Notes: generated from the letters alone by a model not told the origin. A DNA stretch of 64,000 bases from Parcubacteria bacterium C7867-004 (GCA_001189075.1 LFCN01000006.1:588866-652865), one strand, 5' to 3'. Shown: positions 36,496-46,107, counted from the stretch's first letter. Numbers and translations are program-made.

Positions 36496-37053
36496 ATGGA
36501 GGAATTCGAACTTGAAGAAGGAGAGCGCGTAACGCTCACGGTGCGCAAGCACTGGTTCGTGCTTCTGCTCAGTATGCTCCCGTTCCTGCTTCTGGCGTAT
36601 CTCCCTACGGTGCTTCCCGGACTCTTTGCCGGATTCGCGAAGCAGAGCCCTGAACTTCTTGAGCTGCTTAGTACGCTCACGCTCGACAACATGTACGTTC
36701 GCCTCTTTCTCGGACTGTGGTGGCTCATGCTTTGGATCGGCGCGTTCAATACCTTTACGCAGTACTACCTCAATCACTGGGTGATCACCTCGCACCGCAT
36801 CGTGCGCATCGAGCAGCACGGGTTCTTCAATCGTGAAGTCTCAAGCTTCCTGCTTCTCAAGGTGCAGGATGTCTCGACCACCGTCGACGGCATCTTTGCC
36901 GACCTGCTCGGGTACGGCACCATCCAGGTAGAGACCGCCGGGACCTCCGCGAAGCACTTCGTGATGGACGGCGTTTCAGACCCTCAAGGCATGCGCGACC
37001 TCATCATGCGCGAGATAGGCCAGCTGCATACACCGACAAATACGGGCGTATAG
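36496..37053 (+). CDS. Bacterial PH-domain (bPH_2 / YdbS-YdbT-like) membrane protein
   Basis: Two TM helices followed by VITSHRIVRIEQHGFFNREVSSFLLLKVQDV....TIQVETAG (bPH_2-like). Confidence 0.55.
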   Translation: MEEFELEEGERVTLTVRKHWFVLLLSMLPFLLLAYLPTVLPGLFAGFAKQSPELLELLSTLTLDNMYVRLFLGLWWLMLWIGAFNTFTQYYLNHWVITSHRIVRIEQHGFFNREVSSFLLLKVQDVSTTVDGIFADLLGYGTIQVETAGTSAKHFVMDGVSDPQGMRDLIMREIGQLHTPTNTGV

Positions 37054-37087
37054 AAAACTCCAGCGGGTCTGCTAAAATCAACCTATA

Positions 37088-38356
37088 ATGAGCAACAAAG
37101 ACGGCCTCTCCACCGATTCCTATAAGGGCGTGCGCGATTTCTACCCTGCTGACTGGGGCCGTCTTCAGGCCGCCTTCGGACGCGTCCGCGAGACCCTCTC
37201 CTCTTGGGGTTATGAGGAATACCAGGCCTCCCCACTCGAGCGTTCCGAGCTCTATGAGAGCAAGGGCAACGAAGAGATCATCCGCGACCAGACCTACAGC
37301 TTCGAGGACCGCGGCGGCCGCCGCGTGACGCTTCGTCCTGAAATGACGCCCACGCTCGCGCGTATGGTCTCCGGCAAGCGCCGCGAGCTTGCATTCCCGC
37401 TTCGCTGGTTCTCCATCGGCAATCGCTTTCGGTATGAGCGTCCGCAGAAGGGACGTCTCCGTGAGTTCTTCCAGACCGACGTCGATCTCATCGGACTTCC
37501 CGAGGGCGAGGCTGATCTCGAGATACTCACGCTTGCAAGCGCCGTCTTCCGCGCGTTTGGCGCCTCCGACTCGGACTTCACCATCCGCATCAATTCCCGC
37601 CCGCTCCTTTCCGCTGCCTGCCGCGCAGCCGGCGTAACGGACGCTGAAGGCGTGAAGGAATACTGGCTGCTCCTCGACCGCAAGGCGAAGATGTCCCCTG
37701 AGGAATTCGATGCCGCCCGCGGTACCACTATCGATCCGCTGCGCGCTATTGAGGACGCTACCGACCCTCTCGTAAAGGCGGAGAAGGACAAAGTTCTCGC
37801 GATGATCGAGGAGCTCAAGAAGCGCGGCATCGAGAACGTGGTCTTCGAGCCCGAGATCGTGCGCGGCTTCGATTACTACACCGGGATCGTGTACGAAGTA
37901 CAGGACACCAGCCCCGAGAACCCGCGCGCCTTGCTTGGCGGCGGGCGCTACGACGGACTCGTTGCCATGTTCGGCGGCGATCCTATACCCGCTATCGGTT
38001 TTGCGTTCGGAGACGTCGGCCTCATGGACTTCCTCGCGACCCACGACCTCCTTCCGGCAGCACTTTCCGCACCCGAGCTCTACATCGGTACGCCTTCTCC
38101 CTCAGATATTCCTCTCGCCCAAGCATTCGCAGAAAGCGTGCGCGAACGAGGTATCCGCACCTTCGTTAACCTCGGAGAGAAGCAACTCGGCGATCAGATC
38201 CGCGACGCCGTTAAGCGCGGCATCCCGTACTTCGTCGCATACGGCACCGAAGAAGACAATCGCAAGAGCGTGAAGGTCAAGACCCTCGCGACAAGCGAAG
38301 AGGAGGAGGTCAACGTCACCGTCGTCGCGCAGCATATACACGCAAAGAAGAACTAG
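37088..38356 (+). CDS. hisS: Histidine--tRNA ligase
   Basis: Class II motifs: motif 1 region RPEMTPTLAR, motif 2 RWFSIGNRFRYERPQKGRLREFFQ, motif 3 GGGRYDGL. Confidence 0.9.
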   Translation: MSNKDGLSTDSYKGVRDFYPADWGRLQAAFGRVRETLSSWGYEEYQASPLERSELYESKGNEEIIRDQTYSFEDRGGRRVTLRPEMTPTLARMVSGKRRELAFPLRWFSIGNRFRYERPQKGRLREFFQTDVDLIGLPEGEADLEILTLASAVFRAFGASDSDFTIRINSRPLLSAACRAAGVTDAEGVKEYWLLLDRKAKMSPEEFDAARGTTIDPLRAIEDATDPLVKAEKDKVLAMIEELKKRGIENVVFEPEIVRGFDYYTGIVYEVQDTSPENPRALLGGGRYDGLVAMFGGDPIPAIGFAFGDVGLMDFLATHDLLPAALSAPELYIGTPSPSDIPLAQAFAESVRERGIRTFVNLGEKQLGDQIRDAVKRGIPYFVAYGTEEDNRKSVKVKTLATSEEEEVNVTVVAQHIHAKKN

Positions 38357-38360
38357 CGGT

Positions 38361-38939
38361 ATGCGAGAGATAACGTTCGATATCGAAACCGCCAATATCC
38401 TTCCGTCGCTCGCGCGCCAAGACGTCACCCGCCTCGAGCTCGCCGTCGTGGCTATCCATGACTCTCTGACCGGAGAGTTCTCCTCGTACGATAAGAGTGA
38501 GCTACCGAAGCTCTGGCCCATCCTTGAGGCTGCTGACACCCTCATCGGCTACAACTCCGACTCCTTCGATATTCCCCTCCTCAACCACTACTACCCCGGC
38601 GACCTCACGCGCATCAAGTCCGTCGACCTCATGATCGAGGTCCAGAACGTGCTCGGCCGCCGTCTCAGGCTTCAGTCCATCGCCGAAGCCACACTCAAGG
38701 TTGGGAAGTCTGGCAACGGCCTCGACTCGGTGCGTTGGTGGCAGGAAGGGCTCTACGACAAGGTCCGTAAGTACTGCATCCAGGATGTGAAGATAACGCG
38801 CGATCTCTTCGACTATGCGCTCGAGCACGGAACGCTCAAATACAAGGATCTCAAGGATATCCGTGACGTGAAGATAAACACGCGTTCCTGGCGGGAACCC
38901 AAAGCGCCCGACGCATTCACGCATACTCTCGGACTCTAG
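38361..38939 (+). CDS. DEDDy-type 3'-5' exonuclease (RNase H-like fold)
   Basis: Exo I FDIET, Exo II GYNSDSFDIPLL, Exo III YCIQDVKITRDLF. Confidence 0.65.
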   Translation: MREITFDIETANILPSLARQDVTRLELAVVAIHDSLTGEFSSYDKSELPKLWPILEAADTLIGYNSDSFDIPLLNHYYPGDLTRIKSVDLMIEVQNVLGRRLRLQSIAEATLKVGKSGNGLDSVRWWQEGLYDKVRKYCIQDVKITRDLFDYALEHGTLKYKDLKDIRDVKINTRSWREPKAPDAFTHTLGL

Positions 38940-39001
38940 ATTTAATTCGAATTCGTGCTATTGTTTTTCAGGACTACCAACCGCAAAAGGAGAGATGCGC
39001 G

Positions 39002-39301
39002 GTGCAGATTCAAATTTCGATCCCGGCAATGCCGGACCCCGAAAAGAACAAGCGGCTCGCCACAGAGCTACGCGGTCTCGGGTTCGAGATCACCCCCAGC
39101 CAAATGAGCATGCCCCAGGGGACCACGGACGCGATGTGCTTTGTCAGTGGCCTGACCGCGGAGCAGGAATCCGAGGAGATGCGGAAGGCCGCATTCATCC
39201 TCTTCGAGGTCTGCGGCGGACTCAAGAATGTCGTCATGGTGCACAAGGGAAAGAGCCACCTGTTCACACCAGACACCGCTCAACCGGCCTGCGCCGCCTG
39301 A
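39002..39301 (+). CDS. Hypothetical protein (99 aa, GTG start)
   Basis: SD AAGGAGAG upstream, own terminator downstream, local GC ~62%. The alternative ATG frame at 38995 is Arg-rich junk. Confidence 0.35.
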   Translation: MQIQISIPAMPDPEKNKRLATELRGLGFEITPSQMSMPQGTTDAMCFVSGLTAEQESEEMRKAAFILFEVCGGLKNVVMVHKGKSHLFTPDTAQPACAA

Positions 39302-39309
39302 CGCCCATC

Positions 39310-39342
39310 AGCCCCCGTCATTGCGCCGGGGCTTTTATTTTT
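39310..39342 (+). terminator. Rho-independent terminator (agcccc-n12-ggggct TTTTATTTTT)
   Basis: 6-bp GC stem followed by a long T-tract. Confidence 0.5.
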
Positions 39343-39362
39343 ACGCGTGCTATCATTTTTTC

Positions 39363-40061
39363 ATGATTCCAGCCTCGAAGCTCAAGCATGACTACTTCCT
39401 CCCTGGCGCTATTGTGCTTGCCGGCCTCATCCTTTCTATCGCGATATTCGTCTTTCGGACCGACTCCTCTCCGGCGCTCGGGCACGGAGACCCGGCCCTC
39501 GTAGCTGCTATCGGCATACAAGATCACATCATCGGCAACCCGGAGGCCAAGGTGCTCCTCATCGAGTACGCCGATATCGACTCCGAATACAGCAAGCAGT
39601 TCCAGGCTACTCTCCAGCAGCTCATGAGCGAGTACGCTGCCGGTGGAGAAGTGGCCTGGGTGTACCGTCACTTCCCGCTTCTTGATCAGCATGTGGACGC
39701 GGGTTCCCACGCTGAAGCTGCGGAATGCGCCGCGCTCCTCGGGGATTCGGACGCGTTCTGGCGCTTCATCGATGCCATACAGTCGGCAGCTCCCGGAGAG
39801 AACCAGTTCCCGCGCACCGGCTACGCGAGCATCGTCGCCAAACTCGGACTTCCTGCTCCTGAATTCCAGACCTGCCTCACCAACAGCCGCTTCACGAAGA
39901 AAGTGTATGAGGACAGCAAGAACGCTATAGCGGCAGGTGCGGATGGTACGCCCTACACCGTGCTCATGGTTGCGGGACAGAACCCCGTCGGTATCAGCGG
40001 CGCACTCGACTATACCGATCTCAAGCGGGTGGTGGATGAGGCTATCGCGAAGACGAAATAG
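39363..40061 (+). CDS. Membrane-anchored DsbA-like thioredoxin-fold protein with SxxS in place of the CxxC active site
   Basis: TM helix LPGAIVLAGLILSIAIFVF. LLIEYADIDSEYSKQF aligns to DsbA vEFfDyxCPyCkxf with both Cys replaced by Ser. Downstream HFPL..H resembles the DsbA cis-Pro region. Confidence 0.55.
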   Translation: MIPASKLKHDYFLPGAIVLAGLILSIAIFVFRTDSSPALGHGDPALVAAIGIQDHIIGNPEAKVLLIEYADIDSEYSKQFQATLQQLMSEYAAGGEVAWVYRHFPLLDQHVDAGSHAEAAECAALLGDSDAFWRFIDAIQSAAPGENQFPRTGYASIVAKLGLPAPEFQTCLTNSRFTKKVYEDSKNAIAAGADGTPYTVLMVAGQNPVGISGALDYTDLKRVVDEAIAKTK

Positions 40062-40064
40062 ACC

Positions 40065-40937
40065 TTAACGGAAGGTATCCAGCTGCTCGAGTATTTCTAG
40101 GTGGACCTTGTCCGCAAGCATTTCCCGAACTGATTCAGAGGAAACGGTAAGTCCTTTTTCTCCCGAGATGCCGTTAACGATTGCAAGAGCTTCGTCATAG
40201 GACCTCCGGGACTCATGCCTGCCGCGCATACGAGCGTAATGCGCGAACACAGTAAGCTGGCTTCGCGCCTGCTTAAGGAGAAGCTCCTGTACAGGATGGA
40301 CCGCAAGCTCTCCCTTGCGACCCTCGGTCCAAGCACGCGCAAGAGAGAGTACGGTCCCGCGCTCAACACCGAGCACGATGCGCGGGACCTGAGTGAGTCG
40401 TCCTTTGATCCTGCCGTCGCCTGATTCGAAATATTTTATTGTCGCGAGCCGGTCCTGATCGATATCTCTCTTGATCCGGCCGAACTTCTTCGAAATCGTA
40501 TCGGCACCGTAGGTAGCATCAACGCCGAGCGCCAGATGCGCCTTCCTGCTCTCGGGCTCATCAAATTCGACGATGAGGTCAACGCCGTTCACGATGTCAT
40601 CAAATTCGCTCGTTTTGAGAGTGTGAGCGTGCGAACCGAACCAATTTGAAAGCTCGATCTGGTCGAATACTATGCCTTCGAGGATATCCGCCGCGATCTT
40701 TCCGCTCCCGGTCTCGAATACGTTACTCTTGAGATGATCGACCTTAGCCAAATCTGCCTGTATTGCCTTCTGGTCATACAGGTCGCCGAAATTCTTCGGC
40801 TGTATGGCATGCTCGCGAAACAGCTTCTGAGCCTTCTCGTACGCAAGCCGTACGGTGGGATTCGTCTCGAACGTTCCGCCCGAATCGATCTGGCGTGCCA
40901 TCCTGTTCTCCATCGGATTGTACCCGTTGTATCCCAT
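40065..40937 (-). CDS. Hypothetical protein (~290 aa)
   Basis: Long ORF; start chosen at MGYNGYNP to avoid overlap with the upstream helicase gene. No motif recognised. Confidence 0.45.
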   Translation of the reverse strand: MGYNGYNPMENRMARQIDSGGTFETNPTVRLAYEKAQKLFREHAIQPKNFGDLYDQKAIQADLAKVDHLKSNVFETGSGKIAADILEGIVFDQIELSNWFGSHAHTLKTSEFDDIVNGVDLIVEFDEPESRKAHLALGVDATYGADTISKKFGRIKRDIDQDRLATIKYFESGDGRIKGRLTQVPRIVLGVERGTVLSLARAWTEGRKGELAVHPVQELLLKQARSQLTVFAHYARMRGRHESRRSYDEALAIVNGISGEKGLTVSSESVREMLADKVHLEILEQLDTFR

Positions 40938-40957
40938 GCAAAGACGATAGCATGGCG

Positions 40958-43810
40958 CTACGTACCGAAAAGTTTGAGTAGATCGTCGTACTCGGACGGC
41001 TCGCCTTTGCGCCACTTGCCGCTTATGAGCTCTCGCAGGACCTCATCAAGTGTCCCGGCGAGCTCTGCTCGCGTCTCATCCGTGAGCGCTACCGGGTGCT
41101 CCGTCACTTCTTCCTCGCCAACCTGGATGATGAGAGCGCTATCCGTTTCGTGACCGTTCTCCCGGAGCAGAAGATCGTAGAACGCGAGCTGGCGCTCAAA
41201 CTTCTGCGCATCTTTCTTATCAATAGTCGACGACGTCTTGAAGTCCACGATGCATTCTCCCCGGTCTCCCTTGAAGACCGCATCCACCTTCCCTTTGAGA
41301 ACTATCTCTTTCCCATCGATCGTGCGCTTCACGCTGAACGCCTCCTCGATGGCAATTGCTTCGCGCGTGAGCAATTCGCTACCTAAGTAGGAATCGAGCG
41401 ACGCATGGGCATGGCGTGTGAGCTCATCAAACGTATCGCCTCGCTGGAGCAAGGAACGGGAGAGGGAGCGGGATAGCTCCGCATGCGCCGCGGCAGCGCG
41501 TTCGTCCTCGGCAGCGTCCTTCCGCTTGAGATACGCCGCTATGGCCGCATGCACCGCGTTTCCTACCGCTATCGCCCGGCTCTCCGGCTCACTGAGTCGC
41601 AGTACGCGCTTAGCGAAGAAGGTCGGCGGCGAAGCGAGATATTCGTTATACGCCGACGGCGAGAGGCCGTCATGCTCCAGATAACGGCAGGTAAGCTCGC
41701 GGGCAAGCTCGGGTGCATCAATAACCGTATGCATGAGTGGAATTGGATCAGACTCGACTTCAGCAACACTGAGTCCGGACGGAAGTAATGAGAGCGGCGC
41801 CTGCTCTTTCCCTGCCATGTCGGAGGCGGCATAGGAAAGGACGAGCTCGTTCTTGGCGCGCGTGAGCGCAACATAGAACAGACGGACGAGCTCTTCCTTC
41901 TCGCGCGTCGAGTCGAACATGGACGGCACGAGCGCGCTCTTGCCGCGACCTTCCCATTCGCGGGCGGTGAGCGCGGTTACGAACACGCGTTCGAATTCCA
42001 TACCTTTCGCCTTGTGCGCCGTTATAACCGTCACCTGCCCTTCCCGCTGCGTGAGCGAGGTCTTGATGCTGCCAATCTCGTGCTCACGCGCTTTTGCTAA
42101 GCTGTCCATAATCTCGCCGAAGGTTGCGTTGGGGTCCCGGCGCGTCAGATCCTCGACATGCGCGATAATCTGGCGCACAAGCGGGATGTCTTCGGAAACC
42201 TGTTCGCCTCCTGAAAGGAAGAACGCACGTGCGCCCGAATCCTTGAGAAGATACGAGAGTACGTTAAGCGGTGGAAGGCTTACCACCTGCTCCCGCAGAT
42301 GCGCTATCGTTCCAGCGATACCAGGAAAGGAGACGGCGAGCGCATCCGTAAGCTCGTAGTCCCGATGCTGTCTGAGGAATGTTGCGCGCTCGGCGAGGCT
42401 CGGTTCCCACCACGGCGCAAGCAGCGCTTCCCGCAGGAGCGCGTTCTCGTTCGGATTCGCAATCGCCTGCATGAGCGCGAGCAGGAAGCGGATGCTCGGT
42501 CGCCCGTCGAGGTCGATGTCGCCGGCACGGAGTGTCGGTATCCCGCGAGCACGCAGATGGAGCGCGAAGAGGTCGGCAGTCTTATTCTTGAGCGTTATGA
42601 TCGCTATCTCGTGCGGTGCAACGCCCTCATCTATCGCTTCTTGAACTAGAGTCGCTACCTGGTCCCGCTCAGCGAGTGGGTCCTCGGACTGGAGCAGGTG
42701 CATCTTCCCGCCCGCGCCTCTGAAACCTGAGAGCCTGACATGCTCGCCGCTCGACGAGGGGAGATCCGCCAGCAGTGTATGCGAAAGGTCGAGGATGTCC
42801 TGGTACGAGCGATAGTTTTCGGTGAGCGCTATCACCGTTGTCCGAGGATAGAGTGTAAGGAAGGTCTTGAAATGCGTCGTGTCCGCGCCCTGGAATCCGA
42901 AGACCGCCTGCTTCTCATCACCCACGATGAAGAGGTTCGGGTGCTCGTCGAACGCGAGTGCATCGAGCAAGGCGTGCTGAAGCGCGTTTGCATCCTGGTG
43001 CTCATCGGCGAGCACGTACTGATACTTCTCTTGGAGATCCGCTCGGAGCGCTTCATCCTCCGCGAGTGCGTCGGTCGCAATCCGGAGTACATCGGTATAG
43101 CCGTAGAGTCCTCTCGCCTCCTTCTCTGCGCGATACGTTTCGATAAGCCCTGCCGCTTCCCGTCCTTTCTCCAGACGCTCAATCTTCTTCACGCCTGTCG
43201 GATTAAGCTCCCCGGCAGCGCCTCCTTTCCCGCCACGCACGTAGCGAAGCTTGGGATCGTCTTTCATGCGCTCCTCTTCCTCGTCGAGCCAGCCTTGATA
43301 CTGTTCGATGCTCACGCACTCGCGCGTAAGGGTATCCTCGAGCGATTTCAAATCCTTCAGGTAATGGAAGGGTGACTTCGGTGTACGCAGTTTCGATTGC
43401 TTCAGATTCTCAAGCACGTCCCGCCAGAGCAGCACCTGCTCAACCTCGCCCATAAGCCTGCGATCCGTGTATTCGGAGAACGCTTCGGGATACTCCTTCA
43501 TGATGTGCTCGGCGAAACTGTGGAAGGTGTACGTTCCGACCTTCCTCGCAGCCTCCTCGCCGATGAGTCCTCCGAGACGCTTCGCCACCGTGCGTGCGGC
43601 GGAATCAGTGAACGTGAGTACGAGAATATTCTCAGGAGCCGTGTCCTGCGTCGTCTTTAGAATGTTGGCAATGCGCAGCGTAAGGATGTGGGTCTTTCCG
43701 GTACCCGGGCCCGCGATAACCAAGACCGGACCCTCCACCGTATCCACCGCCTGCTTCTGGGCGGGGTTAAGCTTTGCGTAGGCCTCGTCGAACGCCTTCG
43801 TATCCTTCAT
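40958..43810 (-). CDS. UvrD/PcrA/AddA-type SF1 helicase with C-terminal RecB-family PD-(D/E)xK nuclease domain
   Basis: Walker A AGPGTGKTH. UvrD motifs (TFH, DE..Q, VGDEKQAV.F.GA). C-terminal GECIVDFKTSS nuclease motif. Confidence 0.85.
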   Translation of the reverse strand: MKDTKAFDEAYAKLNPAQKQAVDTVEGPVLVIAGPGTGKTHILTLRIANILKTTQDTAPENILVLTFTDSAARTVAKRLGGLIGEEAARKVGTYTFHSFAEHIMKEYPEAFSEYTDRRLMGEVEQVLLWRDVLENLKQSKLRTPKSPFHYLKDLKSLEDTLTRECVSIEQYQGWLDEEEERMKDDPKLRYVRGGKGGAAGELNPTGVKKIERLEKGREAAGLIETYRAEKEARGLYGYTDVLRIATDALAEDEALRADLQEKYQYVLADEHQDANALQHALLDALAFDEHPNLFIVGDEKQAVFGFQGADTTHFKTFLTLYPRTTVIALTENYRSYQDILDLSHTLLADLPSSSGEHVRLSGFRGAGGKMHLLQSEDPLAERDQVATLVQEAIDEGVAPHEIAIITLKNKTADLFALHLRARGIPTLRAGDIDLDGRPSIRFLLALMQAIANPNENALLREALLAPWWEPSLAERATFLRQHRDYELTDALAVSFPGIAGTIAHLREQVVSLPPLNVLSYLLKDSGARAFFLSGGEQVSEDIPLVRQIIAHVEDLTRRDPNATFGEIMDSLAKAREHEIGSIKTSLTQREGQVTVITAHKAKGMEFERVFVTALTAREWEGRGKSALVPSMFDSTREKEELVRLFYVALTRAKNELVLSYAASDMAGKEQAPLSLLPSGLSVAEVESDPIPLMHTVIDAPELARELTCRYLEHDGLSPSAYNEYLASPPTFFAKRVLRLSEPESRAIAVGNAVHAAIAAYLKRKDAAEDERAAAAHAELSRSLSRSLLQRGDTFDELTRHAHASLDSYLGSELLTREAIAIEEAFSVKRTIDGKEIVLKGKVDAVFKGDRGECIVDFKTSSTIDKKDAQKFERQLAFYDLLLRENGHETDSALIIQVGEEEVTEHPVALTDETRAELAGTLDEVLRELISGKWRKGEPSEYDDLLKLFGT

Positions 43811-43879
43811 AGGGCTATTCTACCTGATTCAAAAAGAAAAGAGTCCGGACGCGGTTATGCGTACGGACCCTGAATCGAA

Positions 43880-44398
43880 CTATCCCAGCGGCTCCTCGAA
43901 CGCGAAGAGCGTTCGATCGAGGAAGTGAAAGCCGTTCCCCGATACACCGGCCCTCCGCTCACCCGTCTTCTTCGAATGATAGACGCCGCAGACATTCGGA
44001 TAGCTCTCGAACATCTGCTGCTCCGTTGCGACCAGTCCCACGCCGCCCCCACAGGAGAACAATTCGTGGAGCGGGCGGGCGAGAGCGGAGACCGCGAAGA
44101 CGGTGTACGGATTCGTACTGAGAAGGCCGTTCCGGCGACCCCATGAAGAAGCATCGATCGGCGAGGTCTTGCTATCCGGACCCGCCCACATGAGGATGAG
44201 GCGGACGTGCGGTCTCGCTTCTGGTATCGCGAATTGATTCCCGATGCGATGGATCTTGAGTTGCGGTTGAGGCCTGGTGTCGGGCGTTCCCGCCATGATG
44301 GCAGCATCCCACGAATCGAAACGCGGGACAGCAACCGTAAGCCGGATAATCCTTCCGTCGAGCGGAGGGCAGATCGTATCAAGCAGCGACTGTGACAT
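43880..44398 (-). CDS. Hypothetical protein (172 aa)
   Basis: ORF with more protein-like composition than the overlapping Arg/Ser-rich frame 43855-44382. Confidence 0.35.
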   Translation of the reverse strand: MSQSLLDTICPPLDGRIIRLTVAVPRFDSWDAAIMAGTPDTRPQPQLKIHRIGNQFAIPEARPHVRLILMWAGPDSKTSPIDASSWGRRNGLLSTNPYTVFAVSALARPLHELFSCGGGVGLVATEQQMFESYPNVCGVYHSKKTGERRAGVSGNGFHFLDRTLFAFEEPLG

Positions 44399-44462
44399 GC
44401 GCTCTCCCGAATCGCAGTGTTGGAGTCAAAGAACGTGGATACGATATACCACGAAAAACAAA

Positions 44463-45026
44463 CTACGTCGAGTACCTCGTTCGGATGATTCTTCTCGCTT
44501 CCTTATGCTTAGGAACGGTCCGGGCGACCAGGTCCCAGAACCTCGCCGAGTGGTTGTGCTCCTTGGTATGGCAGAGCTCATGCACGATGATGTAGTCGGC
44601 GAGCTCGTGCGGAAGGAATGCGATGCGGTAGTTGAAAGAGAGATTGTTCTCCATGGAGCAGCTTCCCCAACGCGTTTTCTGATTCCGTATTGATATCCGT
44701 CCGTACGAGAATCCGTATGCCGTATTGAAATGCGGGAGCCTCTCCGTCACCAGCACCCTTGCTGCTTCCACCGCATCCTTGTACGCCTTCGATCCCCTTC
44801 TCGGTTTCGGAAGCGGTTCGGGAGCGACGCCCTTGTTCCGCTTCTCGAAATACGCTCTCGCCTTCTCAATCCACTCCGATTTGGTCGCCATCCACCGCTC
44901 GACTTCCCGTAGCGAAACGCGCTTCGGTTTCGTTACCACCACCCGCCCATCTGGTTCTACCGTAAGCCGCAGATTCTTCGCCCGCACTGATTCCCGTATC
45001 TCATATTCGATCCCCGACATTCCCAC
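44463..45026 (-). CDS. YgjP/DUF45-family metal-dependent hydrolase (WLM/SprT-like HExxH)
   Basis: HExxH in IIVHELCHTKEHNHSARFW. Size and layout typical of COG1451. Confidence 0.7.
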   Translation of the reverse strand: MGMSGIEYEIRESVRAKNLRLTVEPDGRVVVTKPKRVSLREVERWMATKSEWIEKARAYFEKRNKGVAPEPLPKPRRGSKAYKDAVEAARVLVTERLPHFNTAYGFSYGRISIRNQKTRWGSCSMENNLSFNYRIAFLPHELADYIIVHELCHTKEHNHSARFWDLVARTVPKHKEARRIIRTRYST

Positions 45027-45065
45027 AGTCTACAGTGAGGCTGAAAACAATGCAGATATGATGGA

Positions 45066-45094
45066 TTGATTTCTTATACTTAGACTTATATACT
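45066..45094 (+). promoter_or_regulatory. sigma70-type promoter TTGATT-17-TATACT facing the second MazF-like gene antisense
   Basis: -35 at 45066-45071, -10 at 45089-45094. Followed by TTaAGTACA...CTAATG, conserved with locus 1 (25722-25765). Confidence 0.45.
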
Positions 45095-45170
45095 TTAAGT
45101 ACATTAGGGTGAGAGCTCTAATGACTATGGCTTCGGCCCCGCCCCGCTCGCAAGAGTGGGGCAAACTAGT

Positions 45171-45563
45171 TTACGCAAATAGAATTTGCTTCAGGCGCTT
45201 ACGTAAGCATTCGAAGGTTTCGATATCAAGAATATCGATTCTTCGTATGAGTCGCTTTGCATCTATTAAACGCACTTGCGATAGGTTTGCACATGCTTCC
45301 CGCTTTCCAACCATTCCGAGTGGTAAATAATATTCCCCTTTCTTCATTTTTCCTGTTAGAGCAACTCCAAAAAAGGTATTCCGATTAAATGCTCGAATCA
45401 CTACAATGGGCCTGTCGAAGTTCTTTCCAGTCCCATCTTGTTCGAATCCTATGTTCACGCCGAGAGCACATGACCATATCTCACGCTCTCGATAATGAGG
45501 ATACGTTCCGCGAACGTTCCTGAATTTCTTGCTCTTATTCCACTCATCGAAGTCCTTTTCCAT
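45171..45563 (-). CDS. PemK/MazF-family toxin paralog (130 aa) with the same N-terminal extension; no adjacent antitoxin ORF
   Basis: MEKDF..W...K...........Y.ERE.W.C.LG.NIGFEQDGTG shared with 25783-26169. SQVRLIDAKRLIRRIDILD matches the MazF C-terminal motif. Local GC ~42%. Confidence 0.75.
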   Translation of the reverse strand: MEKDFDEWNKSKKFRNVRGTYPHYREREIWSCALGVNIGFEQDGTGKNFDRPIVVIRAFNRNTFFGVALTGKMKKGEYYLPLGMVGKREACANLSQVRLIDAKRLIRRIDILDIETFECLRKRLKQILFA

Positions 45564-45633
45564 CTCACAAGCTTACAAAAAGGCACATAAAATAAACCTG
45601 GAGAAATCAGCACTATTTCCCTATACTTTAGAT

Positions 45634-46107
45634 ATGAAAACGGAGACCCGCTACTGGCTCATGAAATCCGAGCCGGAGAGCTACAGCATCGGGCACCTGA
45701 AGAAGGACAGGAAGACCGCTTGGAATGGCGTGCGCAACTATCAGGCCCGCAACTTCATGCGCGATATGAAGATAGGCGATCAGATCCTCTTCTATCATTC
45801 CAACTGTAAGGTCATGGGCGTATACGGCGTTGCCAAAGTCGCATCAGCCCCCTACCCCGACCCGACCCAGTTCGATCCCAAGAGTCACTATTTCGATACT
45901 AAAGCGACGAAGGCGAAACCCATTTGGGACCTCGTTGATATTGCCTACGTTTCTATGTTCAAAGAGCCGGTCACCCTCATCGACATCCGCGCGACCCCAT
46001 CGCTCAAATCGATGATTATCCTCCAGACAGGCTCCCGCCTTTCCGTCACTCCTGTCGACCCTGCGCATTTCAATACCATCCTCGCCCTCGCCAAAAGATA
46101 CATGTAA
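45634..46107 (+). CDS. EVE-domain (PUA-like) protein
   Basis: YWLMKSEPESYS...WNGVRNYQARNFMRDMKIGDQILFYHSN is the EVE signature. The track ORF from 45529 is an upstream extension. Confidence 0.8.
   Translation: MKTETRYWLMKSEPESYSIGHLKKDRKTAWNGVRNYQARNFMRDMKIGDQILFYHSNCKVMGVYGVAKVASAPYPDPTQFDPKSHYFDTKATKAKPIWDLVDIAYVSMFKEPVTLIDIRATPSLKSMIILQTGSRLSVTPVDPAHFNTILALAKRYM

Noticed and set aside
38995-39366. ATG-initiated 123-aa frame overlapping the 39002 ORF
   Set aside because: Arg-rich junk translation. The GTG frame at 39002 has better SD spacing and protein-like composition.
43855-44382. Alternative 175-aa frame overlapping 43880-44398
   Set aside because: Arg/Ser-rich low-complexity translation; the other frame is preferred, at low confidence.
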